DNA of 34,259 nucleotides from an uncultured Clostridia bacterium (GCA_947627125.1 CANQUY010000001.1:1-34259), one strand, 5' to 3'; counted from the first letter of the stretch, positions 15,572 to 24,205 are shown. A program made the numbers and translations. Notes: a model not told the origin generated them from the sequence alone.

Positions 15572-17580
15572 AAAGGAACAATGTGAACGTGCTCATCCTG
15601 ATCGGCGTGTTTGTTCTCTCGTTGACGTTTTCGCTCATTCTCTTGTTTACAAGGCAAAACGCCACGGCGGAGGCGCCCATACGGAAAAAAGATATCTCGG
15701 GCGTTTCGGTGAACGCCGTTTCGATATTCGACGTGAAGGGCGTGATGGAGCTGACGGCGGTGAACTATCTTCCCAATGAATTTGCGGAGCTCAACGCTGT
15801 CGTTTCGGGCGAAAATGACGGCGAAGAGCCTGCAAAGCGGGGGACATACCGATTCTATATCGACACTCTGACAGAGGAAGAATGGGAAAATAAGGCTGAA
15901 TTGGACGGGCTCCTGAAACCTGACGGAAACTGGCATCTCACCATGTATCTCCCGCCCGTCTTTTCCGCATGCAGCGTGTATGTTCAGTACAACAATATTG
16001 ATTACGTCGGCACGATCGACAGGTACAATATCGACTACTATGCCACTTTTGCGGCTTCCTCCGAATTTGACGACGCCGTTTTGCACCAGACGGCGACAAA
16101 GCCCATGTTCATTGATATTCCCATTTCTTCGGATGGGAAATATTCCAAGGAATGCAAAGTCACCATCCATTACGAGGCGGATAACGACAACTTTGTGGGA
16201 TTTTTGGGGCCCGTTCTGATCGGCGAGGACGGGGCGATCCGCCGTGTCGTCAACGGGAACCGCTCGGCCCTCTTGCTCGGCGCGATCCTCGCGGCGGTGA
16301 CGCTCTTATTGTTCCTTCTCATCTGTATTCTGAAACGGTCCTTCTTCTTCATCCCGCAGCTTTTATTCGCCGTCGGGATCTTCTCGGCGCTGTGTTCAAC
16401 ATTCGCGTTCTTCGGGTACACGACCGTACCCTACTTTTTGCGCGGCATCCGACGGTTTTCATTGGGATTCATGCTCTTTGCCTCTGCCATGTATCTTCCC
16501 AAAAAGATCGGGAAAGTCCCCGTTCTCTATCCGATCTGTGCCGTCACCGTCGCCGCAACGGTGCTTGCGTTCCTGTCCCTCTTCTGCACGAGCGTCGCCG
16601 CCTATTTAGCCGTCTGCTCCGCCTACATCGTTTTGGCGGCCATCAGCATCCTTGTCGGCTATGGATGCACCATCCGCGACGTCTACAAAAATAAGCCGCT
16701 GGGACTTCGCCTCAACACGATGATCATCGGCGTTTCGACCATCATGGCCCTGTTTGCCGAATATCCCATCCCCTTCATCACCCTTTCTCCTGCGTTTTGG
16801 CTGTATCTCGTGGAGATCGGCATCACGTTTGTGCTCGGACTGCGCGAATTCGTTTCCGCGGAAGTGCACAACAGGTACCTCACGACCAATCTGGAGCAGG
16901 AAGTTCAGAAACAGACGCAGAGTTTGCAGAACGTCCTCGCCGAACGGGACAAAATTTTGCTGTATGTCAGCCATGACATGAAGAGGACGGTCGTCGGGAT
17001 GAACGATTCTTTGACGGACCTGAGGCAGCATCTTTCGGACCCTGCGCTGGTTCCCAAAGTGGAGTCGCTCTTGCAAAAGAATGCGGAGCTCAAAAAGGAC
17101 TTTGCCGAGATCGGAAAGTACGGCAGGCAAAACTACGTCGCGGAGCAGTCCGAAGAGGTGAACTTAAGTGAAATTGTGCTAAGCGTTACGAACGATCTGC
17201 GCCCCGACTGCGAGGCAAACGGAATTATTTTGACGGTTACAATTCCGGAAATCTTGAACATATACGCCAAAAAAGTGGCTTTGGAGAGCGTGATCCTCAA
17301 TTTAGTTTTAAACGCGATCGAGCACTCGTTCTGTTCCCATCTGACCGTGACCGCCGTCAAGCGCAGGGGCATGTGCCGCCTCGACGTGATCGACGACGGG
17401 CAGGGAATTACGACCGACAAGGACGTCTTTGCGCCGTTTGTTTCGGACCATTTCTCCGAAAACAATTCGGGCCTCGGCCTGTTTTTGGCCAGAAACGCGA
17501 TTGAAACCATGCACGGCGAATTGACCTATGAGCGCAGGGACAATCTCACCATCTTCTCCGCCACCCTCCCGCTTGCTTAA
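15568..17580 (+). CDS. Sensor histidine kinase with an extracytoplasmic domain and seven TM helices (7TMR-DISM-like architecture)
   Basis: The start was chosen at ATG 15568 (MKRNNVNVLILIGVFVL), which overlaps the regulator stop as ATGA. An N-terminal TM is followed by about 240 aa outside the membrane and then seven hydrophobic helices. The H-box is LLYVSHDMKRT, and the ATPase G-box is NNSGLGLFLARNAIETMHGEL. Confidence 0.85.
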   Translation: MKRNNVNVLILIGVFVLSLTFSLILLFTRQNATAEAPIRKKDISGVSVNAVSIFDVKGVMELTAVNYLPNEFAELNAVVSGENDGEEPAKRGTYRFYIDTLTEEEWENKAELDGLLKPDGNWHLTMYLPPVFSACSVYVQYNNIDYVGTIDRYNIDYYATFAASSEFDDAVLHQTATKPMFIDIPISSDGKYSKECKVTIHYEADNDNFVGFLGPVLIGEDGAIRRVVNGNRSALLLGAILAAVTLLLFLLICILKRSFFFIPQLLFAVGIFSALCSTFAFFGYTTVPYFLRGIRRFSLGFMLFASAMYLPKKIGKVPVLYPICAVTVAATVLAFLSLFCTSVAAYLAVCSAYIVLAAISILVGYGCTIRDVYKNKPLGLRLNTMIIGVSTIMALFAEYPIPFITLSPAFWLYLVEIGITFVLGLREFVSAEVHNRYLTTNLEQEVQKQTQSLQNVLAERDKILLYVSHDMKRTVVGMNDSLTDLRQHLSDPALVPKVESLLQKNAELKKDFAEIGKYGRQNYVAEQSEEVNLSEIVLSVTNDLRPDCEANGIILTVTIPEILNIYAKKVALESVILNLVLNAIEHSFCSHLTVTAVKRRGMCRLDVIDDGQGITTDKDVFAPFVSDHFSENNSGLGLFLARNAIETMHGELTYERRDNLTIFSATLPLA

Positions 17581-17617
17581 CGCTTTTGCTCTGATTGGCC
17601 CCTGACGGAAAACAGCT

Positions 17618-18309
17618 CCCGCGTCATTCTGAGAACGCGAGAAAGAACGCAGTCCGACGAATTAACCCGAAGAATCTCGCGGGGGACATAACAATGCGGC
17701 CCCGCGTCATTCTGAGAACGTGAGCAGGACAAGAAAACGGGACTTAACCCGAAGAATCTCGCGGGGGCATAACAGTGCGGCGAGATGCTTCGGTACAGCC
17801 CCCGTTGACTTTGTTGCACTCCCCTTCTCAGCATGACGCCGCTATGGGCTTCCGTACTCAGTGCGGCCCCGCGTCATTCTGAGAACACGAGAAAGAACGT
17901 AGTCCGATGACCTAACCCGAAGAATCTCGCGGGGCTTGTACGGACACTTTGCGGCGAGATGCTTCGGTTCAGCTCCCGTTAACTACGTTTCCACTCCCCT
18001 TCTCAGCATGACGCCGCTATGCGACCCGTACTCAGTGCGGCCCCGCATCATTCTGAGAACGTGAGAAAGAACGCAGTCCGACGACCTAACCCGAAGAATC
18101 TCGCGGGGGGCATAACAGTGCGGCGAGATGCTTCGGTACAGCCCCCGTTGACTTCGTTTATGCTCCCCTTCTCAGCATGACGCCGCTATGGGCTTCCGTA
18201 CTCAGCGCGGCGAGATGCTTCGGTTCAGCCCTCGTTGACTGCGTTCCCACTCCCCTTCTCAGCATGATGCCGCTATGCGACCCGTACTCAGTGCGGCGAG
18301 ATGCTTCGG
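17618..18309. repeat. Hairpin-repeat array 3, in the order B+ B+ A- B+ A- B+ A- A- (partial A-), with a roughly 174-nt composite period
   Basis: B+ units lie at 17618-17685, 17701-17767, 17867-17934 and 18041-18110. A- units lie at 17777-17842, 17951-18017, 18120-18186 and 18207-18273. A lone A- 5' arm lies at 18293-18309. The linkers are conserved (CATAACAGT and TATGGGCTTCCGTACTCAGT). Confidence 0.92.
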
Positions 18310-18319
18310 AACGGCAGGG

Positions 18320-18348
18320 TTGCGCGGGGGCGGAGAATGTGATATAAT
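18320..18348 (+). promoter_or_regulatory. Extended -10 promoter for tag. It is placed so that ATG 18355 would be at or next to the transcript 5' end.
   Basis: TTGCGC (18320-18325), a 17-nt spacer, then TGa-TATAAT (18340-18348). The ATG at 18355 lies 7 nt after the -10 element, and no SD sequence is present. Confidence 0.5.
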
Positions 18349-18354
18349 CAAATT

Positions 18355-18574
18355 ATGGAAAAGAAACGGTGTGATTTCAGCTATTGGACAAAAAATCAGG
18401 TGTCCGAAAAGGTCCTTCTCTATCACGATACGCGCTGGTGCAAGCCCGAACACCGCCTCCGCCGCGGAAACGCATGCGGAAAAGAAGCGGTGCAATTTCG
18501 GGTTCGGGGCGGAACGTCTTTCCTCAAAGTCCGTACTCTACCACGATACGCGGTGGTGCAAGCCCGAACACCGC
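18355..18574 (+). repeat. Tandem duplication (119-nt offset) of the 5' end of tag
   Basis: Copy 1 (18355-18456) encodes MEKKRCDFSYWTKNQVSEKVLLYHDTRWCKPEHR. Copy 2 (18474-18574) encodes (A)EKKRCNFGFGAERLSSKSVLYHDTRWCKPEHR in a different frame. The last 36 nt of the two copies differ at only 2 positions. Confidence 0.85.
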
Positions 18575-19042
18575 GACGGGGAGCTCTTTGCCATGCTCGT
18601 TCTGGAGGGAATGCAGGCAGGTGTCAGCTGGAGTTTGATTTTGGACAAGGAAGAGAACTTCCGAAAAGCGTTCGACGGGTTCGACCCAAGCATTGTGGCG
18701 GCCTATGGCGAGGACAAAATCAAAGCGCTCATGCAAGACAGAGGCATCATCCGCAACCGCAGCAAAATCTGGGCGGCAGTATCGAATGCGCGGGCGTTTC
18801 TCGCGGTACAGGAGGAATTCGGCAGTTTCGACGCCTTTATCTGGAGCTTCACGGGCGGAAATGTGATCGACCATCACCTTTCGGACGGGGCGGAGATGCC
18901 CGCAAGGGACGCGCTTTCGGAAAGGGTCAGTGCGGAGCTCAAGCGGCGCGGGTTCAAATTCGTCGGTCCGACGATTATTTACTCCTATTTACAGGGCATC
19001 GGCGTCATCAACGACCATACGGACGACTGCGATTTCAGGTAG
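18371..19042 (+). CDS. tag: DNA-3-methyladenine glycosylase I
   Basis: YHDTRWCKPEHRDGELFAMLVLEGMQAGVSWSLILDKEENFRKAF...IIRNRSKI...FVGPTIIYSYLQGIGVINDH is the typical Tag signature. The start is uncertain. The conserved region begins near 18479, and the in-frame options are GTG 18371 or ATG 18275 (inside a repeat). The stop is at 19040-19042. Confidence 0.8.
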   Translation: MISAIGQKIRCPKRSFSITIRAGASPNTASAAETHAEKKRCNFGFGAERLSSKSVLYHDTRWCKPEHRDGELFAMLVLEGMQAGVSWSLILDKEENFRKAFDGFDPSIVAAYGEDKIKALMQDRGIIRNRSKIWAAVSNARAFLAVQEEFGSFDAFIWSFTGGNVIDHHLSDGAEMPARDALSERVSAELKRRGFKFVGPTIIYSYLQGIGVINDHTDDCDFR

Positions 19043-19142
19043 GAAAATGCGGCTGGACGGGAGTCGTGGGGGGCCCCTGTCCTCATTCCGAGCCCCGCAA
19101 GGGGCGAGAGAATCCCGCTTTAAGAACGGAAGTCCGTCGGTC

Positions 19143-19487
19143 TATGGGATCCGCTCGCTTCGCTCGGGATGAGGGCTGTAGGGCGTCATGGTGAGCAGCC
19201 CCGCGTCATTCTGAGAACACGAGAAAGAACGAAGTCCGATGACCTAACCCGAAGAATCTCGCGGGGCGTATCGGATACTATGCGGCGAGATGCTTCGGTA
19301 CAGCCCCCGTTAACTGCGTTTATACTCCCCTTCTCAGCATGACGCCGCTATGGGCTTCCGTACTCAGTGCGGCGAGATGAGTTCAGCCCCCGTGGACTTC
19401 GTTCATGCTCCCGTTCTCAGCATGACGCCGCTAGGAGCCGCCGTGCGTTTTATGGGATCCTTCGCTGCGCTCAGGATGAGCGCGGGG
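19143..19487. repeat. Repeat array 4, in the order C+ (degenerate arm) B+ A- A- C+
   Basis: Type-C units (TATGGGATCC-n-TCGCT-n-CGCTC-r-GGATGAG) lie at 19143-19176 and 19451-19487. A B+ unit lies at 19199-19266. A- units lie at 19282-19348 and 19369-19431; the latter has a 5-nt deletion in its 5' arm. Confidence 0.88.
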
Positions 19488-19576
19488 AGCAGGATGAGAG
19501 CGGGAGGCAGGATGAGAGGGAGGCAGGATGAGAGGGAGGCAGGATGAGAGGGAGGCAGGATGAGCGCGCGGGGAGG
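19472..19576 (+). repeat. 16-18-nt microsatellite (CAGGATGAGAGGGAGG-like, six copies) growing out of the 3' end of a type-C repeat
   Basis: CAGGATGAG starts at 19472, 19490, 19508, 19524, 19540 and 19556. Confidence 0.9.
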
Positions 19577-19610
19577 ACAAGGGCTTTTCTCATGAAAAAG
19601 GCATAGAGAA

Positions 19611-19646
19611 ATCCCTCGGCAAAGGAATTTGCCGAGGGATTTTTTT
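19611..19646. terminator. Intrinsic terminator hairpin (strong on the plus strand; also lies 9 nt beyond the GH3 stop on the minus strand)
   Basis: ATCCCTCGGCAAA-ggaa-TTTGCCGAGGGAT forms a 13-bp perfect stem followed by TTTTTT. Confidence 0.7.
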
Positions 19647-19654
19647 GGCGCTTT

Positions 19655-22600
19655 TTACTCTTCCTTGCCCACTTGCGTCAGGGTCGCGTTGGTCAGGAGT
19701 TCAAAGTAGTCCATGTTGCTGCTGGTCGCCTTGTTGTTGTCCTCGATGACTATGGTGTTCGTGCCCTCCTGCAGATGAATGGTCACGATCATCACGCTCT
19801 CCCAGTTGAAGTAGTTGAACGTGCTGTCCGCCTGTTCAAAGACGACGCTGTCGCTCACGGAAACTGCCTGTCCGTTGACGGTGAGTTTGCAAATGCCGTT
19901 GAAAGTGAGTTTTCTGTCGTTGCGGCAGCCGAATCCGATATAGAAGATGGCCTCCGTCGCACGGTCGGAATTCACCGTGAGAGTGAGCGAATAGTCCTTG
20001 CCCGAGATGCCGCCGATGTAATAGCCGCCGCTGGGGTTGTTGGAACCGCCCTCTCTCGCGCTGTGGGCGTCGCCCGTGACGATCATGCTCTCGCATTCAA
20101 AGCGCTGCAACGTTGTTTCACCCTCTGTGGGATACAGGAGAGAATCAAAGGAAAACTTCTGTCCCTGGAATTCGTACTCCCATGCGGTTTCGCCGAAGGA
20201 CGTCGCCGTGGCCTCCTTCTTCACGACCTTTCTGTAGCCTGCGTCCTCGGAGATCTTGGGGATCTTGGTTTCCTTGTACGAACGGCAAGTGGTGCAGTAG
20301 CTGCCCACAACGCCGCCGCTCTCGAGGGTGGGCTCGGTGACGATCTCCCACTGCCCGTAGGAGTGCTTGCTTCCCTCTTCCTTGCCGAATTCGCTCGTCC
20401 AGTCGAGGTGCGCGGCAGAGGCGAGCTTGAGGGCGTCGAAGTTGAGTCCGTTTTTGGCCTTGGAGAGGACGATGACGTTCTCGCCCTTCTTCAGATGGAT
20501 CATGCAGATCTCGTTGTCCTGCCAATCAAAGTACTTCACGCTGCCCGAACGCATGACGGGGAAGGTGTAGTCGATCCCCTCGACCTTCGTGCCGTTGACG
20601 GTGAGGGTGAACATATCCTCCCACGCGTAGGCATTTTCGCGGTGGCCCATGCGGAGGATGAGAACTGCATCCGCGTCGCTGTCCGAGGTAATCTCGAACG
20701 TGCAGGTGGCGCTGCTGACCTTGGACATGTTCTCAATGAACTGTCCGCCGCTGGGGTTGCCGCCCGTCGTGGGACGGCAGGTTTCGGGAGCGTTCGTATT
20801 GAGCGCGGCGCATTCCGCCTCAAAGTTCCATGTGACATAGCCTGCGGGGAGCGAATCGACAAGGTGTCCGGGGCACTTCTGCGCACAGGCGGCGTTGTCG
20901 CAATCGGGATCCTTGCAGAGGCCGCAGACCTCGCAGACGTGGGTGCAGACGTGGCTTTCCGTCCCGAGGCCCTCCCCGGGTTTCTGTTGATAATCCTCTC
21001 CCGCAAAGATGCTCTGCACGAGGGGAACGACCACGAGGGTGATGACGAGGATGATGGCGAGGACGACGGCGCCGAGTGAGGTCGCGAGCACTGTATAGCG
21101 GACCTTGTTGCTCTTGACTTCGCCGTTCGGTTTGAGCCGCTGCCCCTTCTCGTTCATCTTGCCTTCGGCAATGTAGACTTCCCGCCGCTTCCCTGCGAGC
21201 ACGAAGCTGAGAACGAGCATGATGATGCTGATCCCGCTGAGGACGCCGAAGCACGCCATCATGGCGATGAGGGCATGCTGCCACCAGTTGACCACGGGGA
21301 AGATGCGCATGCCGGGCGTGTAGCCCTCCATGGCAAAGCTGTTGGCGAGGACGTAGAGCACGCGGTGGGTGGAACGGCGGATGAGCTGTGCCACCGTTGC
21401 GTTGGTTTCCGCATCGCGGTAGGCCGCAAGGTTGGTAGATTCGTAGAGAATGTTGTCGTTTCCGCCGACGAGGCCGTCCACGACGCCCATGTAGTTGCGC
21501 CATGCGCAGTCGGAGATGACGAAGCCGTCGAAGCCCCATTCATTCCTCAAAACTTCCGTCGTCAGGCCGTAGTGCGCGCCGCTCCACGTCGTGCCGAAAC
21601 GGGTGAAGGAGGACATCATGCCCGTTGCGTGGGCCTCTTCCACCACAGGCTGGAAGGCGAGAAGGTAGATCTCGCGGATGGCCTGTTCGTTGCACCAAAT
21701 GTTGACGCCGTGGCGGTTGGCCTCCTGATCGTTGAGGGCGAAGTGCTTGAGATTCACATAGCCGCCCTTCTCCTGAATGCCCTTGACTTCCTGCGCACAC
21801 ATGATGCCGGAGAGGAAGCCGTCCTCCGAATAATACTCATACGCGCGGCCGCCCCAGATGGTGCGGTGCAGGTTGACGCCCGTGCCGTAGAGGCCCGCAA
21901 CGCCCGTGTGGATCATATCTTCGCCCTTCAGCTGCCCCAAGCGGAGCGCGAGCGCGTCGTTATAGCTCGCGGAGAGCAGGGGCGTGCAGGGGAAGGACAT
22001 GTTGTAGTTATCGGCAGGGCTGGCGTTCTCGTCCGTCAGATAGATTTGGCGGACGCCGAGCGGCCCGTCGAGGCAGGTTTCGCCCATGTAGGTGATGGAA
22101 TCGACGGCGGGCGTCCCGTGATATGCCTTGCCGAGGAAATTGATCTGCTCGTCGAGGGTCATCTGATCGAGAAGGGTTTCCCATGCGGGGTCGTCGAATT
22201 CCTTGCCGCGGAGGTCGATGATGTCAAAGACATGATCTGCGCCGTAAGTGGGCATCTTATCGGACGGGTTGGCCGCGACGGGCTTATCCCAGTCGAGATC
22301 TTTCACCATGGCCTCGTTCAAAGTGAGCGAAAGAGGCTTGGGCCATGTCGTCTGCCAATTGTTTCTCGAGAGATAGACGACGGTGCCGTCCGTCTTGTTT
22401 TGATATTTGTTCCAATCGGTATCTTCAAATTGATTGACGATGTCGTAGCCCGTGGAGGACTTTGCGAACGTCGTCGTGTCCAAAGATTTGTTCTCCCACT
22501 CCCACACGAGGCCGCTGTTGCCTGCGGCGTCCATGCGGTTTGCCGTGCCCGCGGGGGAATATCCCTTCTTCGCGAGAATGTTGTTCACGGCGTCGTGGGC

Positions 22601-24151
22601 GTTCTCGGCGGCCGTGAGATAGTACTTGCCCGCTTCGCGGATATATGTGTTGTAGCCGTCGTCATCGTATGTTTTAAAGGCGTCGCGGGAAACCGTGATC
22701 TCCACCGCCGCGCTCTCGCCGGGGCCGAGCTCCTGTGTCTTTGCGTAGCCGCAGAGGTTGACCGCCGCCTGTTCCAGCCCATGCTGTACGTCGTAATCGG
22801 TGTACGGCTTCTGCGCATAGATCTGAACGGCGTCCATGCCCTTTTCCTCTCCCGTGTTGGTGACGCTGAGTTTGACGAGGTAGTCCCCGTCGTCCTTGAC
22901 GGTCACGGAGAAGTTGTCATAGCGGAATTGCGTATAGGAAACGCCGTAGCCGAAGGGGAACGCGACTTCCTCGGCATAGTTCCAGCCCGACTTGGAATTC
23001 TTGGCTCCCGCTGCGGAATTTGCCATGCCGCGGTCCATGACGGCGTCCTCGTAGCGGGTTTCGTAATACTTATAGCCGACGTAGATATTTTCGGCATAGA
23101 TCATGTAGTTGGCCTGAAACTGCATATCCCTCAACCCCGCATCGTTGGCGTTGGTGTAGGTCGAGAAATCTGCATTGACGGCCGCGGGGGCGGACTGATG
23201 GTCGTAGGCGAAGGTGTCCACGAGGTGCCCCGAGGGATAGCTCTGCCCCGCAAAGATGCGCCCGATCTCGTTGATGCCCTCCCAACCGGGCTGGCAGACC
23301 CAGATACAGCAGTCGATATCGGGACGGAATTCGGCAATGTTGCGGAAGTTGATCCCCATCGCCGTGTTGAGCATGAGGATGACCTTGTCGAGCTTGCCCG
23401 CCTTCTTCGCGGCGACCATGCCCGCAAGGGTATCTTTTTCCTGTCTGGAAATTTCAAAGTAATCCTTATTTAAGGTGTCGGCGGTGATCATCGTGGAGTC
23501 CGTTTCGCCGTTTTCGCCCGCGCGGCGGGAGAGAACGAACACGCCCGTCGTCCCGTTGAAGCTGTTTTCGCATTCTCCGTTGACGAGGTCCCACGGCACT
23601 TCGTTGACGCCGCTGTAGGCATTGCGGTTGTACTTATCCGCACTGCCCGTGCCCTTCTTGTAGAAATTCCAGAGGGTTTCGTTGACCGCAAGGCCCGCGT
23701 TCTCGAACGCTTTCTTGAGGTCGGAGGACTTTCTCGTGATGGAGTTGCCCGAGCCCATGCCCGAATAGACAAAGTCCACGGAGGAATGGCTGAAGAAGCT
23801 GACCTTTGTTCCCGCGGCGAGGGGGAGCCCCCGCTTGCCCGCGCTGTCTGCATTCCACAGAATGGTCGTGCCCTCCCGCTGGACTTGGTCGGCCACGCGG
23901 ACGTCCTCGTTCCAGAGGGCGGCGTCATCATAGCTGCCGTCCGCTTTCTCGAACTCGGAGGAATAGTGAAGAAGCTCAGCGTTTTCGTCCACCTCTTTGC
24001 CGTAATTCTCGAGCTCCAAAAAGTCGTTGATGGTCTTTTTGTTCTCCAAGGCGATGGAATTTCCCACGATGGAAACGACGAGGAGCAGGACAAAGACGAC
24101 GGAAAGGATAGACCATAACAGTCGGCTGAGTGATTTTAAAAATATTTTCAT
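19655..24151 (-). CDS. Membrane-anchored glycoside hydrolase family 3 enzyme (permuted domain order) fused through a TM hairpin to a Cys-rich region and CBM-like modules
   Basis: 1498 aa. The N-terminal TM is LWSILSVVFVLLLVVSIVG. A GH3 C-terminal-type domain comes first (CIWVCQPGWEGINEIGRIFAGQSYPSGHLVDTFAY), followed by an Fn3-like domain (FPFGYGVSYTQF...DAVQIYAQKP). The GH3 barrel follows (KHFALNDQEANR...GFDGFVISDCAW). Next come two TM helices (ALIAMMACFGVLSGISIIMLVLSFVLAG and VLATSLGAVVLAIILVITLVVVPLV), a CxxC-rich stretch, and two beta-sandwich-like modules ending in MDYFELL. Confidence 0.85.
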   Translation of the reverse strand: MKIFLKSLSRLLWSILSVVFVLLLVVSIVGNSIALENKKTINDFLELENYGKEVDENAELLHYSSEFEKADGSYDDAALWNEDVRVADQVQREGTTILWNADSAGKRGLPLAAGTKVSFFSHSSVDFVYSGMGSGNSITRKSSDLKKAFENAGLAVNETLWNFYKKGTGSADKYNRNAYSGVNEVPWDLVNGECENSFNGTTGVFVLSRRAGENGETDSTMITADTLNKDYFEISRQEKDTLAGMVAAKKAGKLDKVILMLNTAMGINFRNIAEFRPDIDCCIWVCQPGWEGINEIGRIFAGQSYPSGHLVDTFAYDHQSAPAAVNADFSTYTNANDAGLRDMQFQANYMIYAENIYVGYKYYETRYEDAVMDRGMANSAAGAKNSKSGWNYAEEVAFPFGYGVSYTQFRYDNFSVTVKDDGDYLVKLSVTNTGEEKGMDAVQIYAQKPYTDYDVQHGLEQAAVNLCGYAKTQELGPGESAAVEITVSRDAFKTYDDDGYNTYIREAGKYYLTAAENAHDAVNNILAKKGYSPAGTANRMDAAGNSGLVWEWENKSLDTTTFAKSSTGYDIVNQFEDTDWNKYQNKTDGTVVYLSRNNWQTTWPKPLSLTLNEAMVKDLDWDKPVAANPSDKMPTYGADHVFDIIDLRGKEFDDPAWETLLDQMTLDEQINFLGKAYHGTPAVDSITYMGETCLDGPLGVRQIYLTDENASPADNYNMSFPCTPLLSASYNDALALRLGQLKGEDMIHTGVAGLYGTGVNLHRTIWGGRAYEYYSEDGFLSGIMCAQEVKGIQEKGGYVNLKHFALNDQEANRHGVNIWCNEQAIREIYLLAFQPVVEEAHATGMMSSFTRFGTTWSGAHYGLTTEVLRNEWGFDGFVISDCAWRNYMGVVDGLVGGNDNILYESTNLAAYRDAETNATVAQLIRRSTHRVLYVLANSFAMEGYTPGMRIFPVVNWWQHALIAMMACFGVLSGISIIMLVLSFVLAGKRREVYIAEGKMNEKGQRLKPNGEVKSNKVRYTVLATSLGAVVLAIILVITLVVVPLVQSIFAGEDYQQKPGEGLGTESHVCTHVCEVCGLCKDPDCDNAACAQKCPGHLVDSLPAGYVTWNFEAECAALNTNAPETCRPTTGGNPSGGQFIENMSKVSSATCTFEITSDSDADAVLILRMGHRENAYAWEDMFTLTVNGTKVEGIDYTFPVMRSGSVKYFDWQDNEICMIHLKKGENVIVLSKAKNGLNFDALKLASAAHLDWTSEFGKEEGSKHSYGQWEIVTEPTLESGGVVGSYCTTCRSYKETKIPKISEDAGYRKVVKKEATATSFGETAWEYEFQGQKFSFDSLLYPTEGETTLQRFECESMIVTGDAHSAREGGSNNPSGGYYIGGISGKDYSLTLTVNSDRATEAIFYIGFGCRNDRKLTFNGICKLTVNGQAVSVSDSVVFEQADSTFNYFNWESVMIVTIHLQEGTNTIVIEDNNKATSSNMDYFELLTNATLTQVGKEE

Positions 24152-24177
24152 GAATGATCCTCTCTGATAAAAATTTT

Positions 24178-24205
24178 GGGCGCCCCTCCCCTCGGAGGGG
24201 CGCCC
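24178..24205 (-). terminator. GC-rich hairpin between the two large minus-strand genes (possible terminator or attenuator)
   Basis: GGGCGCCCCTCC-cctc-GGAGGGGCGCCC forms a 12-bp perfect stem. The U-tract is weak on either strand. Confidence 0.4.

Noticed and set aside
17618-18309. Interpreting the hairpin units as intrinsic terminators.
   Set aside because: The units lack a 3' U-tract. They occur upstream of genes and in divergent promoter regions as well as at gene ends. Canonical hairpin-plus-T-run terminators are present separately (6632-6665, 19611-19646 and 33160-33187).
18355-19194. A 279-aa ORF starting at the promoter-proximal ATG of tag copy 1.
   Set aside because: Only its first 34 residues are Tag-like. 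After the duplication junction it runs in an alternative frame of tag and gives an R/G-rich nonsense peptide. It is kept as evidence for the duplication finding, not as a gene.
19673-23473. Long plus-strand ORFs (19673-21079 and 21275-23473) antisense to the GH3 gene.
   Set aside because: There are no recognisable motifs and the peptides are rich in G/A/R/V, as expected for antisense frames of GC-rich coding DNA. The GH3 motifs are unambiguous on the minus strand.
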